A stretch of DNA of 64,000 nt. It comes from an uncultured Erysipelotrichaceae bacterium. Its GTDB lineage: Bacteria > Bacillota_I > Bacilli_A > RF39 > UBA660. Within the stretch, counting starts at the first letter, position 1, and the number at the start of each line of letters is the position of its first letter. Shown in pieces: positions 48,137 through 57,197 of this stretch. The stretch spans positions 16,688-80,687 of the forward strand of contig CACZAH010000002.1 of assembly GCA_902779035.1 (NCBI GenBank). The letters run 5' to 3'. The notes under the pieces were generated by a model. It ran no database searches, was not told the origin of the DNA, and was given only the letters and a program-made list of their open reading frames with translations. A program made the translations under genes and the position numbers.

Positions 48137-48664
48137 CTATTTTGTTACGATTAAACCGTAATTACCATCTTTTCTTTTATATACAACATTTGTTTCGCTA
48201 GTACTAGCATCCTTATATACAAAGAAATCATGATCTATTAATTCCATTTGAAGTATTGCTTCTTCTTCACTCATTGGTTTCATTTCTATTTCTTTTCTCT
48301 TTACAACCTCAATTGATGATTCTTTTTCTTCTGTCTCAAATTCTTTAAAATCTCTAATTGTTTCTTTAGATGATTTTTTATGTATTTTAGTCTTATTCTT
48401 TCTAATTTGTCTTTCAATTTTATCAGTAACAAAATCAATAGATGCGTATAAATCTTTATTAGATTCTTCTCCCCTTAATATAAGGCCATGCGTATTAATT
48501 GTAACCTCTACAACTTGGTCTTTACCACTTAATCTCATTAAAACATTTGCAGAAATATTATTAGGATTTTCAAAGTATTTATCTAATCTCCCTATTTTCT
48601 CTTCTACATATGCTTTAATCGCATCTGTAACTTCTAACTTTTTCCCACGAATCGTAAATTTCAT
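48137..48664 (-). CDS. hpf: Ribosome hibernation promoting factor (long HPF)
   Basis: MKFTIRGKKLEVTDAIKAYVEEKIGRLDKYF plus the C-terminal dimerisation domain. The start has a GAGAGGA RBS. Confidence 0.85.
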   Translation of the reverse strand: MKFTIRGKKLEVTDAIKAYVEEKIGRLDKYFENPNNISANVLMRLSGKDQVVEVTINTHGLILRGEESNKDLYASIDFVTDKIERQIRKNKTKIHKKSSKETIRDFKEFETEEKESSIEVVKRKEIEMKPMSEEEAILQMELIDHDFFVYKDASTSETNVVYKRKDGNYGLIVTK

Positions 48665-48759
48665 AATATCATCCTCTCTAAGGTAATTATAGCATTTACA
48701 ATTACTAATTTCAATATAGTTATAACAAAAAAATGACAATCGTCATTTTTAACATCTAA

Positions 48760-48978
48760 CTACACAAGTGCATCTTTTAATTCAATAACGTTCTTAGCTT
48801 GTAACCCTTTGTCAGTTCTTACTAAGTCAAACTTAACATATTGGCCTTCAACAAGTGTTTTGTAGCCTTCAGATAAAATTGCGGAATAATGAACAAATAT
48901 ATCTTCTTGATCATTATATTCAATAAATCCAAAGCCTTTTTCGTTATTGAACCATTTAACTTTTCCAGTAATCATCAT
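48760..48978 (-). CDS. Cold-shock protein (CspA family)
   Basis: The RNP1/RNP2 motifs [14 protein letters not shown] and VHYSAI. ~70 aa. Confidence 0.9.
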   Translation of the reverse strand: MMITGKVKWFNNEKGFGFIEYNDQEDIFVHYSAILSEGYKTLVEGQYVKFDLVRTDKGLQAKNVIELKDALV

Positions 48979-49052
48979 TCATACATCTCCCTTCTAGTAA
49001 TCTCTTACAATATCAGTATACCATAAATTGAAGCTTCGATATTGTATAATCG

Positions 49053-49080
49053 TTCGACAAATTTCGACAAAAGTGTCGAA
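49053..49080 (-). promoter_or_regulatory. Triple 7-mer repeat TTCGACA / TTCGACA / TGTCGAA (two direct, one inverted) in the csp leader/promoter region; candidate operator or RNA element
   Basis: Three copies, seen directly, at a ~10-11 bp spacing. Confidence 0.35.
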
Positions 49081-49225
49081 CACTTTCATTATATTATAAT
49101 TAGTAATCCGATTCATTATTTTTGTCGTAGAATAGCGCTTTTTGTGCGCAAAAATTAATATGATTCAAGTTTTTCATTAAAAATTATCTTTTATACAACT
49201 ATAATTGCTATTAAAACCAAACGTA

Positions 49226-49254
49226 TTGTCGATAAATAATATTAATTCTATAAT
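49226..49254 (+). promoter_or_regulatory. Candidate agrBD promoter (TTGTCG-N17-TATAAT) 20 nt upstream of the agrB start
   Basis: The hexamers were read directly. An AGGAGA RBS precedes the ATG at 49275. Confidence 0.45.
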
Positions 49255-49274
49255 GCAATTGTCAGGAGATAAAT

Positions 49275-49904
49275 ATGAAAAAAATCGTATTAAATCATTG
49301 GATGAATATCATCAAAAACAATAAAAGATATGATAATGTAAAACTTGCGGAAATTGAATATGGATTAACTGCTATATATTTAACTTTTTCTAAATTAATA
49401 GTAATTGCTCTATTATCTATATTGTTAGGTATATTTAAAGAAATGATAATCTTTTTATTAATTTATAACGTCTTAAGAATGCCATCATTTGGAATACACG
49501 CAACAAAAAGTTGGATATGTCTTCTAACGTCATCAATTCTGTTTATTGGATTACCAATTGTTTGTTTAAATATTCATTTAAGTATAGCAATAAAGATAAT
49601 TATTGGTGTAATTGAATGTTTCCTAATGTTTAAGAACAGCCCAGCAGACACAAAAAAAAGACCTATAGTTAATCCTAAACGAAGATTAACATATAAGTTT
49701 ATTTCTACAATACTAGCAATTACTTTTGTAGTACTAAGTATCACAATAAATAATATTTTTATATCAAATTGTTTAGTATTCGGATTAATTCTTCAAAACG
49801 TTTTAATATCTCCATTAACATATAAGATATTTAAACAACCTTATAATAATTATAAAGAATTTCTAAGATTAAATCCAGATTTTCTAAATAAGAAAGCGTG
49901 TTAA
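49275..49904 (+). CDS. agrB: AgrB-family membrane peptidase that processes the autoinducing peptide
   Basis: ~200 aa with 6 TM helices. The AgrB-conserved region LRMPSFGIHATK (cf. R..sGG.HA.) and PADTKKRPI. Followed by an AgrD-like ORF. Confidence 0.8.
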   Translation: MKKIVLNHWMNIIKNNKRYDNVKLAEIEYGLTAIYLTFSKLIVIALLSILLGIFKEMIIFLLIYNVLRMPSFGIHATKSWICLLTSSILFIGLPIVCLNIHLSIAIKIIIGVIECFLMFKNSPADTKKRPIVNPKRRLTYKFISTILAITFVVLSITINNIFISNCLVFGLILQNVLISPLTYKIFKQPYNNYKEFLRLNPDFLNKKAC

Positions 49905-49948
49905 TGTTATAAAGCATTTAACATAGAAATTCAGAAAGGAGGGTAGTT

Positions 49949-50068
49949 ATGGGATTTTTAGCAAACATTTTAGCTGCACTTGGTATTGGAAGTGCTGCGA
50001 CTGGATCACAAGCATGTCATTTATGGATACTTGACGAGCCAGAATGCCCAGAAAATTTAATCAAATAA
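49949..50068 (+). CDS. agrD: AgrD-like autoinducing peptide precursor (39 aa)
   Basis: An AAAGGAGGG RBS. The amphipathic leader MGFLANILAALGIGSAATGS; the Cys-containing core SQACHLWIL; and the AgrD-typical acidic tail DEPECPENLIK (cf. DEVEVPKEL in S. aureus and HQPEEP in C. perfringens). Confidence 0.75.
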   Translation: MGFLANILAALGIGSAATGSQACHLWILDEPECPENLIK

Positions 50069-50082
50069 TAATTTATTTATGG

Positions 50083-50126
50083 AAAAAGCTGTTAAACCTC
50101 TAAATCATAATTTACAGCTTTTTTTT
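50083..50126. terminator. Bidirectional intrinsic terminator between the convergent agrD and agrC-like genes (AAAAGCTGT-N21-ACAGCTTTT flanked by A/T runs)
   Basis: A perfect 9-bp inverted repeat with an A5 run before it and a T6+ run after it. Confidence 0.6.
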
Positions 50127-50140
50127 ACAGTTCTTTATAA

Positions 50141-51442
50141 TTACTTTGTATCCATTTTATAGAACAATTTTTGAGTAAATAAATCTTTTGTAATCATTCT
50201 TTCGTTATATAATTTTTGATTTTTTTCTAATGTTTTTTTTACTAATTGCAGACCATAACCTCTACCATCACCCTTAGAAGTCTTTAATTCCATATTATTA
50301 TTTTTAATCTCGCCTTGATAATTGTTTGAAATATCAATAACAAATTGATTGTTTTTTAAATAGAAATCTAAGTTAATAATCTTATTGTTAAGATTTTCAC
50401 AAGCATCTATTGCATTATCAATAAATACTCCTATTATTGTACATATATCTACTGCATCATCATCATTTACGTAAAAATTATGATTTGCAGATATTTTTTT
50501 ATCAACGTGAACATAATACTTTATTTGTTTTTCTTCAATGTTATTTAATTTACTATAAACTAATCCTCTAATACCTCCTTGAGGTATTCTTAAAGATGTA
50601 ATAATTGTTGAATTAATCATCGAATCTCTATTGTTTATTAATGAATTAATATAATTTAAAATCTTTTTATTTTTAGTCATTGATTTAATTGTTAATAATT
50701 GATTTTTGTTTTCATGATTTATTATTCTATATTCATCTATCAATTTCTCGCGTGTTTTTAAATCTTTTATACTAGTTTGATATTTAAAATTGGTTTTATA
50801 ATATTTATTTTGATAATTAAATGAATATATGACTATAATAGTATAAATAATTGCAATTATCGAATTTAATATCAGTGATAGTAAAACATTATTCTTAAAA
50901 TATATTGTAGTTGTAAAAATATTAGTACCTATCGCAACAAACAAAACTAATAGTGTAACTTGTTTTACATTAATACGCAATGTAATTCTTAAAAAGAAAT
51001 TATATAATTTTTTGATAAAACTAATTTTTGAAATTAACAGAGAAAATAAAGAAATAATAATATCTATAGAAATTGTTAAAAATGTAGAATTTGAGATTAT
51101 ATTAGCATCTACTTTTAAAACTAACATCATAAAAATATAAATTATAGATTCTGATATAATAATTATTAATTCAGTAAGAAATGTCAATAAAATTGATTTC
51201 CTTAGAGTTATCCTAAAAATATTTTTACAGAATACAATTAATAAAACAACTACTAAGAATCCTTTTATAAAATTATTACCATATTCATGAATTAATACAA
51301 TACAAATTGATAACAAAATCATTTCAATAATAAAATAAATATTTCTTTTCTCTATATTAATACTTGCAATTTTTTCCCAAATTGATACTTGCACAAATAA
51401 TGACACAAAAGTACTAATCACATCTAATATAAAATAACTCAC
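50141..51442 (-). CDS. AgrC-like sensor histidine kinase (HPK10 family: polytopic sensor plus a GHKL ATPase)
   Basis: A ~200-aa N-terminal domain with 6-7 TM helices. The H-box region RIINHENKNQLLTI, the N-box FIDNAIDACEN and the G-box SKGDGRGYGLQLV. Confidence 0.75.
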   Translation of the reverse strand: MSYFILDVISTFVSLFVQVSIWEKIASINIEKRNIYFIIEMILLSICIVLIHEYGNNFIKGFLVVVLLIVFCKNIFRITLRKSILLTFLTELIIIISESIIYIFMMLVLKVDANIISNSTFLTISIDIIISLFSLLISKISFIKKLYNFFLRITLRINVKQVTLLVLFVAIGTNIFTTTIYFKNNVLLSLILNSIIAIIYTIIVIYSFNYQNKYYKTNFKYQTSIKDLKTREKLIDEYRIINHENKNQLLTIKSMTKNKKILNYINSLINNRDSMINSTIITSLRIPQGGIRGLVYSKLNNIEEKQIKYYVHVDKKISANHNFYVNDDDAVDICTIIGVFIDNAIDACENLNNKIINLDFYLKNNQFVIDISNNYQGEIKNNNMELKTSKGDGRGYGLQLVKKTLEKNQKLYNERMITKDLFTQKLFYKMDTK

Positions 51443-52143
51443 ACAACCATCTCCTTTTTATATTTATCTGATAACAAATCAGTATATTCACCATTATCAA
51501 AATAAATTATTCTTTTACTTCTATCGATTCTTGATATTCTAGTTTTGTTAACAATACATGCTCTATGAGAGTAAATAAATCTATCATCTAACATATCATA
51601 TATTTGAGATAATGACTTTCTAACTTTATATTCTGCATAATCTGTTTTTATAGTTGTTTTTCTATCAAAAGTTTCTTTAATAAAACATAAAATATCGTTC
51701 AAATCAATAATATAAGTATTGGTTCCATCTTCAATTCTAATCGTTCTCTTTAATTTCACTAAATCAATTGCTTTGTGTAAAACTTCATTTAGTCTTTTAT
51801 CCATATTATCAAATTTATTAACAAATGCTAAGAACATTAGGTCATTTTGTAAAATTAATCTTCCTAACTCATCATGACCAGTAAGAAATATGATGACACT
51901 ATCTAAATCCTTATTCCTAATCTCCCTTGCAACATCAATGCCAGATCTCGATGGAGTTTCAATATCAAGTATATAGATTCTAAATGGCATCTTGCTCTTT
52001 ACTAATTTCATAAAATCATCATTAAAATCTCTATAAACATGCGTTTGATAATTACATTTATTATTTACCATAAATTTTTCAACTAGATTTACAACTTTAT
52101 CTAAGTCTCTTTTGTTATCATCACAAATAACAACATTCAACAT
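51439..52143 (-). CDS. LytTR-family response regulator (AgrA-like)
   Basis: The receiver domain (LNVVICDDN..., phospho-acceptor in YILDIETP) and the C-terminal LytTR DNA-binding domain (YSHRACIVNKTRISRIDRSKRIIYFDNGEY). A 4-nt overlap with the kinase gene. Confidence 0.8.
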   Translation of the reverse strand: MLNVVICDDNKRDLDKVVNLVEKFMVNNKCNYQTHVYRDFNDDFMKLVKSKMPFRIYILDIETPSRSGIDVAREIRNKDLDSVIIFLTGHDELGRLILQNDLMFLAFVNKFDNMDKRLNEVLHKAIDLVKLKRTIRIEDGTNTYIIDLNDILCFIKETFDRKTTIKTDYAEYKVRKSLSQIYDMLDDRFIYSHRACIVNKTRISRIDRSKRIIYFDNGEYTDLLSDKYKKEMVV

Positions 52144-52232
52144 AAATCAAGCTCCTTTCTAATTAACTTCTCGTTAATTGCACATATATTACCACAAAAT
52201 TGTATAAAATGCAAATAAATGCTGGCAATAGA

Positions 52233-52259
52233 CTATTTGTATACAAAAAAAGATGCTTA
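52233..52259 (-). terminator. rplQ (alpha operon) intrinsic terminator (AGATGC-N7-GCATCT + T7)
   Basis: On the minus strand the hairpin follows the rplQ stop directly and is followed by TTTTTTTGTAT. Confidence 0.65.
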
Positions 52260-52613
52260 TTTTGCATCTTCCTCTACTAATTCTAAAATAACCATTAATG
52301 CGTCATCACCGCGACGTTCTTCCAATTTAAGTATTCTAGTATATCCACCATTACGATTTTCATAAGCTGGTGCCAATTCATCAAATACTTTCTTAATAAC
52401 TACATTATCGTTATGCATAAAAGCTAATGCTTTTCTTCTTGCAACTAAAGAACCATCTTTACCATAAGAAATCATTTTGTCAACAAACTTACGAACTTCC
52501 TTTGCTCTAGTTTCAGTTGTTTCAATCTTACCATTCATAAGAACATCTCTAGTTAAATTTGCTAGCATACTTCTTCTATGCTTATTAGTACGTCCTAATT
52601 TTCTATAAGCCAT
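52257..52613 (-). CDS. rplQ: 50S ribosomal protein L17
   Basis: [20 protein letters not shown] is the L17 N-terminus. Confidence 0.95.
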   Translation of the reverse strand: MAYRKLGRTNKHRRSMLANLTRDVLMNGKIETTETRAKEVRKFVDKMISYGKDGSLVARRKALAFMHNDNVVIKKVFDELAPAYENRNGGYTRILKLEERRGDDALMVILELVEEDAK

Positions 52614-52644
52614 ACAAATCCTCCTAACTATTAATATTTAATTA

Positions 52645-53595
52645 TTAATCATCTTCTCGAAATTTAAGTCCCATTTCTTTAACTTTTTCCATTACTTCTC
52701 GTAAAGACTTCTTACCTAAATTTCTAACCTTCATCATTTCTAATTCAGACTTTGAAGTTAAATCACCAAGTGTATTAACACCAGCTCTTTTTAAGCAATT
52801 ATATGCACGAACTGAGAAATCCAAATCATCAATAGATGTCTCAAGCTTTTTTAGCTTTGTATCTTCTTTCTGAGCATTCATTAACCCTGATACATCAGCA
52901 ATTTCATTCAACTCAGCAATTATATTTAAATGTTCAATCATAATTCTTGCAGATAACGCCATTGCCTCTTCAGGTTTAATTGAACCTTTTGTACTAACTT
53001 CCATAACTAATTTATCATAGTTAGCATCTTGGCCAATACGAGCATTTTCTACTTCATAACTAACACGTTCAACTGGTGAATATATCGCATCTATTGCAAT
53101 ATATCCAACTTCTTCATCTTGAATAAATTTTTTGTTATCATTTGCAGGTACATAACCTCTACCATTAGCAACTATAATCTCCATATTAAGTTTTCCACCT
53201 TTTGCAAGAGTTGCAATTTCTTGGTCCGGATTAATTATTTCAATATCTGAATCTTTTTCAATATCTCCGGCTGTTACAACTCCTTCTTTATCAGCATGAA
53301 GATTTAATTTCTTAGTGTCTTCCGAATTGTTCTTTACAACAATATTTTTTAAATTAAGGACTATTGTTGTAACATCTTCAACTATTCCATCAATAGTTTG
53401 AAATTCATGCATTACACCATCTATTTTAACAGCAACAATTGCACTTCCTGGCATACTTGATAACATAATCCTTCTTAATGCATTACCAATGGTAGTACCG
53501 AATCCTCTTTCTAAAGGCTCTAATTCAAATTTACCAAAATTTTTACTATCAATATAATCAACAACTTTATATGCTGGTTTTTCAAATTTTATCAT
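52645..53595 (-). CDS. rpoA: DNA-directed RNA polymerase alpha subunit
   Basis: 316 aa, with the N-terminal dimerisation domain and the C-terminal domain. Position between rpsK and rplQ. Confidence 0.95.
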   Translation of the reverse strand: MIKFEKPAYKVVDYIDSKNFGKFELEPLERGFGTTIGNALRRIMLSSMPGSAIVAVKIDGVMHEFQTIDGIVEDVTTIVLNLKNIVVKNNSEDTKKLNLHADKEGVVTAGDIEKDSDIEIINPDQEIATLAKGGKLNMEIIVANGRGYVPANDNKKFIQDEEVGYIAIDAIYSPVERVSYEVENARIGQDANYDKLVMEVSTKGSIKPEEAMALSARIMIEHLNIIAELNEIADVSGLMNAQKEDTKLKKLETSIDDLDFSVRAYNCLKRAGVNTLGDLTSKSELEMMKVRNLGKKSLREVMEKVKEMGLKFREDD

Positions 53596-53611
53596 TTAAT
53601 CACTCCTTTTA

Positions 53612-53995
53612 TTAACCACGTGGACGCTTTGGTGGACGACATCCATTATGTGGAACCGGTGTAACATCAGTTATAGATGTAATTTCTAAACCTGCTGTTT
53701 GAAGTGAACGAATAGCTGTTTCTCTACCTGATCCTAAACCTTTTACATAAACTTCAACTTTCTTCATCCCCATATCAACAGCTGCTTTACCTGCTGCTTC
53801 AGCACTCATACCGGCTGCAAATGGAGTAGATTTTTTACTTCCTTTGAAACCTAATGTTCCAGCAGAAGCCCAACTTACTGCGTTACCTTCTTTATCACTA
53901 ATAGTAACTATTGTATTATTAAATGTTGAATGTATAAAAGCTTTCCCTTCTGGTACAGTCTTTTTTACTTTTCTTTTTCTTGCTTTGTAAGCCAT
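53612..53995 (-). CDS. rpsK: 30S ribosomal protein S11
   Basis: Conserved S11 sequence and order. Confidence 0.95.
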   Translation of the reverse strand: MAYKARKRKVKKTVPEGKAFIHSTFNNTIVTISDKEGNAVSWASAGTLGFKGSKKSTPFAAGMSAEAAGKAAVDMGMKKVEVYVKGLGSGRETAIRSLQTAGLEITSITDVTPVPHNGCRPPKRPRG

Positions 53996-54016
53996 TGTTT
54001 AACCTCCTTTTAACAA

Positions 54017-54382
54017 CTATTTCTTCTTATTAGCAACTACTTTTCCTTTACCTTTACGAGTTCTAGCATTTCTATTTGTTCTTTGTCCTCTTACTGGTAA
54101 TCCTTTTTTATGACGAGTTCCTTGATAAGAATTAATCTCCATTTTAGTTTTAATATTCATGTTAACTTCACGACGTAAATCACCTTCAGTAAGATATTTA
54201 TTTACCTCATCACGAATTGCTACTAATTCATCATTAGATAACTCTCCAGCTTTTTTGTTAACATCAACTTTAGCATCTTTTAAAATTGTTTTTGCTAAAC
54301 TTCTTCCTATACCATAAATATATGTCAAAGAAATTTCAATTCTTTTATTATTTGGTATATCTACACCTTTAATACGTGCCAT
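54017..54382 (-). CDS. rpsM: 30S ribosomal protein S13
   Basis: [14 protein letters not shown]..; start at an ATG with an AGGAGGTG RBS. Confidence 0.95.
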   Translation of the reverse strand: MARIKGVDIPNNKRIEISLTYIYGIGRSLAKTILKDAKVDVNKKAGELSNDELVAIRDEVNKYLTEGDLRREVNMNIKTKMEINSYQGTRHKKGLPVRGQRTNRNARTRKGKGKVVANKKK

Positions 54383-54395
54383 AAAACACCTCCTA

Positions 54396-54509
54396 TTAAC
54401 CTTGTCTTTGCTTATGTTTAGGGTTTTCACAGATAACCATTACTTTACCCTTACGTTTAATAACTTTGCATTTTTCACACATTTTTTTTACTGATGGTTT
54501 AACTTTCAT
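54396..54509 (-). CDS. rpmJ: 50S ribosomal protein L36 (37 aa). Absent from the ORF track
   Basis: Minus-strand translation [37 protein letters not shown], with a GGAGGT RBS. It lies between infA and rpsM as expected. Confidence 0.9.
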   Translation of the reverse strand: MKVKPSVKKMCEKCKVIKRKGKVMVICENPKHKQRQG

Positions 54510-54519
54510 ATTATACCTC

Positions 54520-54735
54520 CTACTTTCTATAGGTTATACGCCCACGTGTTAAATCATATGTTGACATCTCAACTACAACTTTATCACCAGCTAAGATACG
54601 AATCATATTCATTCGCATTTTACCTGAAACGTTGGCTTCAATAACATGTTTATTGGCCAGTTCTACTTTGAACTTATAGCCAGGTAACACTTCTAATACT
54701 TTTCCTTCCATTTCAATTACATCATCTTTTGCCAT
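54520..54735 (-). CDS. infA: Translation initiation factor IF-1
   Basis: [19 protein letters not shown]...; 71 aa. Confidence 0.95.
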   Translation of the reverse strand: MAKDDVIEMEGKVLEVLPGYKFKVELANKHVIEANVSGKMRMNMIRILAGDKVVVEMSTYDLTRGRITYRK

Positions 54736-54848
54736 ATATCCTCCTTTTATGTTTATCCATCATACAAGTGAGTCATGACTTGTCATTATAGGATAAGTAT
54801 CATACCGTAGTTCTTTATATGCAATACATATAAATTAGAGTTGCTCCT

Positions 54849-55496
54849 CTAATCTATTATTTCTTTAATTTGTTTATGAGTATTATCTTTATTTATATTA
54901 CCATCTATATGATATAATATTTTTTTCTTATCATAATAATCAATTAAAGGAGCAGTTTCCTCTAAATACGCATTGTATCTTTTTTCATAAGTTTCAGCAT
55001 TATCATCTTTTCTATGTTTTAACTCAATCTTACAGTCATCACATAAATTTTTATTTTTAGGTTTAAGATTATCCGAATTCACATTATAAATACGGTTACA
55101 ATTTGGACAAGTTCTTCTACCTGTAATTCTAGATGAAGCAATGCTTTTATCAATATCAATTGCAAAAACATAATCTATTTTATTATCAATTTCTGCAAGC
55201 ATTTCATCATATTTTTCAGCTTGCTTAATTGTTCTTGGAAATCCATCTAAAATATATCCATTCTTACAATCATCTTCATTAATTCTATTTTTTATTAATT
55301 CAATAATGATTTCATCACTAACAAGTTTTCCTTGTTCCATTATTGATTTTATTTCCTTAGATAACGCATCTTCTTTTTTAGTTGCACTTCTAAGTAAATC
55401 CCCTGTAGAAATTTGTGGAATTGAATACTCGTGAGTTAATATCTGAGCTTCAGTTCCTTTTCCCGCAGCTGGCGGAGCAAGTAATATTATATTCAT
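54849..55496 (-). CDS. adk: Adenylate kinase (zinc-lid type)
   Basis: The P-loop GPPAAGKGT and the Cys4 lid CPNC...CDDC. Confidence 0.95.
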   Translation of the reverse strand: MNIILLAPPAAGKGTEAQILTHEYSIPQISTGDLLRSATKKEDALSKEIKSIMEQGKLVSDEIIIELIKNRINEDDCKNGYILDGFPRTIKQAEKYDEMLAEIDNKIDYVFAIDIDKSIASSRITGRRTCPNCNRIYNVNSDNLKPKNKNLCDDCKIELKHRKDDNAETYEKRYNAYLEETAPLIDYYDKKKILYHIDGNINKDNTHKQIKEIID

Positions 55497-56752
55497 TAAA
55501 ATCTACGTCTCCTATTTTTTCTTCCATTTTCGTAAGTTCTACTCTTTAATTGACTTTCAAGTTGTTTATATGTTTCAAGCGCAACACCTACAACAATTAA
55601 AAGTCCAGTTCCACTTATTGAAATAACACTTGATAAACTAGATACTTTACCTAATATAATTGGTAAAGAAGCTAGTATCGCTAGGAAAAATCCTCCTACA
55701 ATTGTAATTCTTTTTAATACTTTACTTACATAGTTAGTAGTTTCTTCACCAGGTCTAACCCCTGGAATATAACCACCGTTTTTATTTAAATTCTCAGCCA
55801 TTTCCTTTGGTTTTAATTGCATAAATGTATAGAAATAAGTAAATAATACTATTAAGATAATATAAAGGATTAATCCAGTATTAGTTGTATAATTAATATA
55901 CTTAGATACAACTAATGTAAATGTTTCATTTTTTACAAAACTAGCAATTATTTGTGGAATAGCCATAATAGCTGATGCAAATATTACTGGAATTACTCCT
56001 GCACTATTTAATTTAAATGGTATATAGCTTTGATTAGTCATTGCAGATGTTGATTTATTTGCATACTGAATAGGTAATCTACGTTCAGCAGACTCAACAT
56101 AAATAACACCAACAATTACAACTAAGAATACCAATATAAATAATACAAACAATAATATTCCAATAAAGCCATTAGGTATAAGAGACGTCCATAAATTAAC
56201 AAACATTGAAGGTAATACATTAATAATACCTGCCATGATTATTAAAGACATACCATTGCCTAATCCCTTAATAGTTATTTGATCACCAATCCACATAAGC
56301 AGGGCAGTACCTGCTGTTAGGATTAAAGCATAAAGCATATAATCCATTGCTGTTCCATTAGATATATATGCAAATGAATACATATATCCTTGAACAAAGG
56401 CAAGTATAATACCTAAAACTCTTGTAATTTGATTAAGTTTGCGACGACCAACACCACCTTGTTTACTCAAATCAGATAAATATGGAACAATATCCATAGA
56501 TAAAAGTTGAATAATAATTTGTGCAGTAATATAAGGGGTAACACTTAAAGCAAATATAGATGCTTTTTCAAATGCTCCACCACTCATCGCATTAAGTATT
56601 TCAAAGAAACTTAAGTTTTTAGTAGATATAGTTGCACCCGGAACAGTAATACTAGTTCCAAGTTTAAAAATAAATAATGCTACTAATGTAAATAATATTT
56701 TTTTTAGTAAATCTCTATTTTTAGGACTGAACAACTGACTTATGATTTTCAA
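55496..56752 (-). CDS. secY: Preprotein translocase subunit SecY
   Basis: A 10-TM profile, 418 aa, between rplO and adk. Confidence 0.95.
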   Translation of the reverse strand: MKIISQLFSPKNRDLLKKILFTLVALFIFKLGTSITVPGATISTKNLSFFEILNAMSGGAFEKASIFALSVTPYITAQIIIQLLSMDIVPYLSDLSKQGGVGRRKLNQITRVLGIILAFVQGYMYSFAYISNGTAMDYMLYALILTAGTALLMWIGDQITIKGLGNGMSLIIMAGIINVLPSMFVNLWTSLIPNGFIGILLFVLFILVFLVVIVGVIYVESAERRLPIQYANKSTSAMTNQSYIPFKLNSAGVIPVIFASAIMAIPQIIASFVKNETFTLVVSKYINYTTNTGLILYIILIVLFTYFYTFMQLKPKEMAENLNKNGGYIPGVRPGEETTNYVSKVLKRITIVGGFFLAILASLPIILGKVSSLSSVISISGTGLLIVVGVALETYKQLESQLKSRTYENGRKNRRRRF

Positions 56753-56753
56753 T

Positions 56754-57197
56754 CTAAATCACCTCAGCTTTTCCACCCATTTTTTCTATTGATTCTTTTG
56801 CAGATTCAGAGAATTTATGAGCCTTAACAGTTAATTTTTTTTCTAATTTTCCATTTCCAAGGATTTTAACACCATTAAGTTGATTCTTTAAAATTCCCAT
56901 TTCTTTTAATATTTCTGGAGTAACAATTGCTCCATCTTCAAATTTATTTAAATCACTTAAATTTATTACAGCATAAACTGTTTTGAATTTTGCATTTGAG
57001 AAACCTCTTTTTGGTAATCTACGGAATAAAGGTAATTGTCCACCTTCAAATCCAGGTCTAACTCCACCGCCACTACGAGCATTTTGTCCTTTTTGACCTC
57101 TACCACTAGTTTTTCCTAAACCAGAACCTGGCCCACGTCCAACTCTTTTTCTTGTTTTAAAAGCCTTCTCATTAGGTCTTAATTCATGTAACTTCAT
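56754..57197 (-). CDS. rplO: 50S ribosomal protein L15
   Basis: [34 protein letters not shown]... Confidence 0.95.
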   Translation of the reverse strand: MKLHELRPNEKAFKTRKRVGRGPGSGLGKTSGRGQKGQNARSGGGVRPGFEGGQLPLFRRLPKRGFSNAKFKTVYAVINLSDLNKFEDGAIVTPEILKEMGILKNQLNGVKILGNGKLEKKLTVKAHKFSESAKESIEKMGGKAEVI

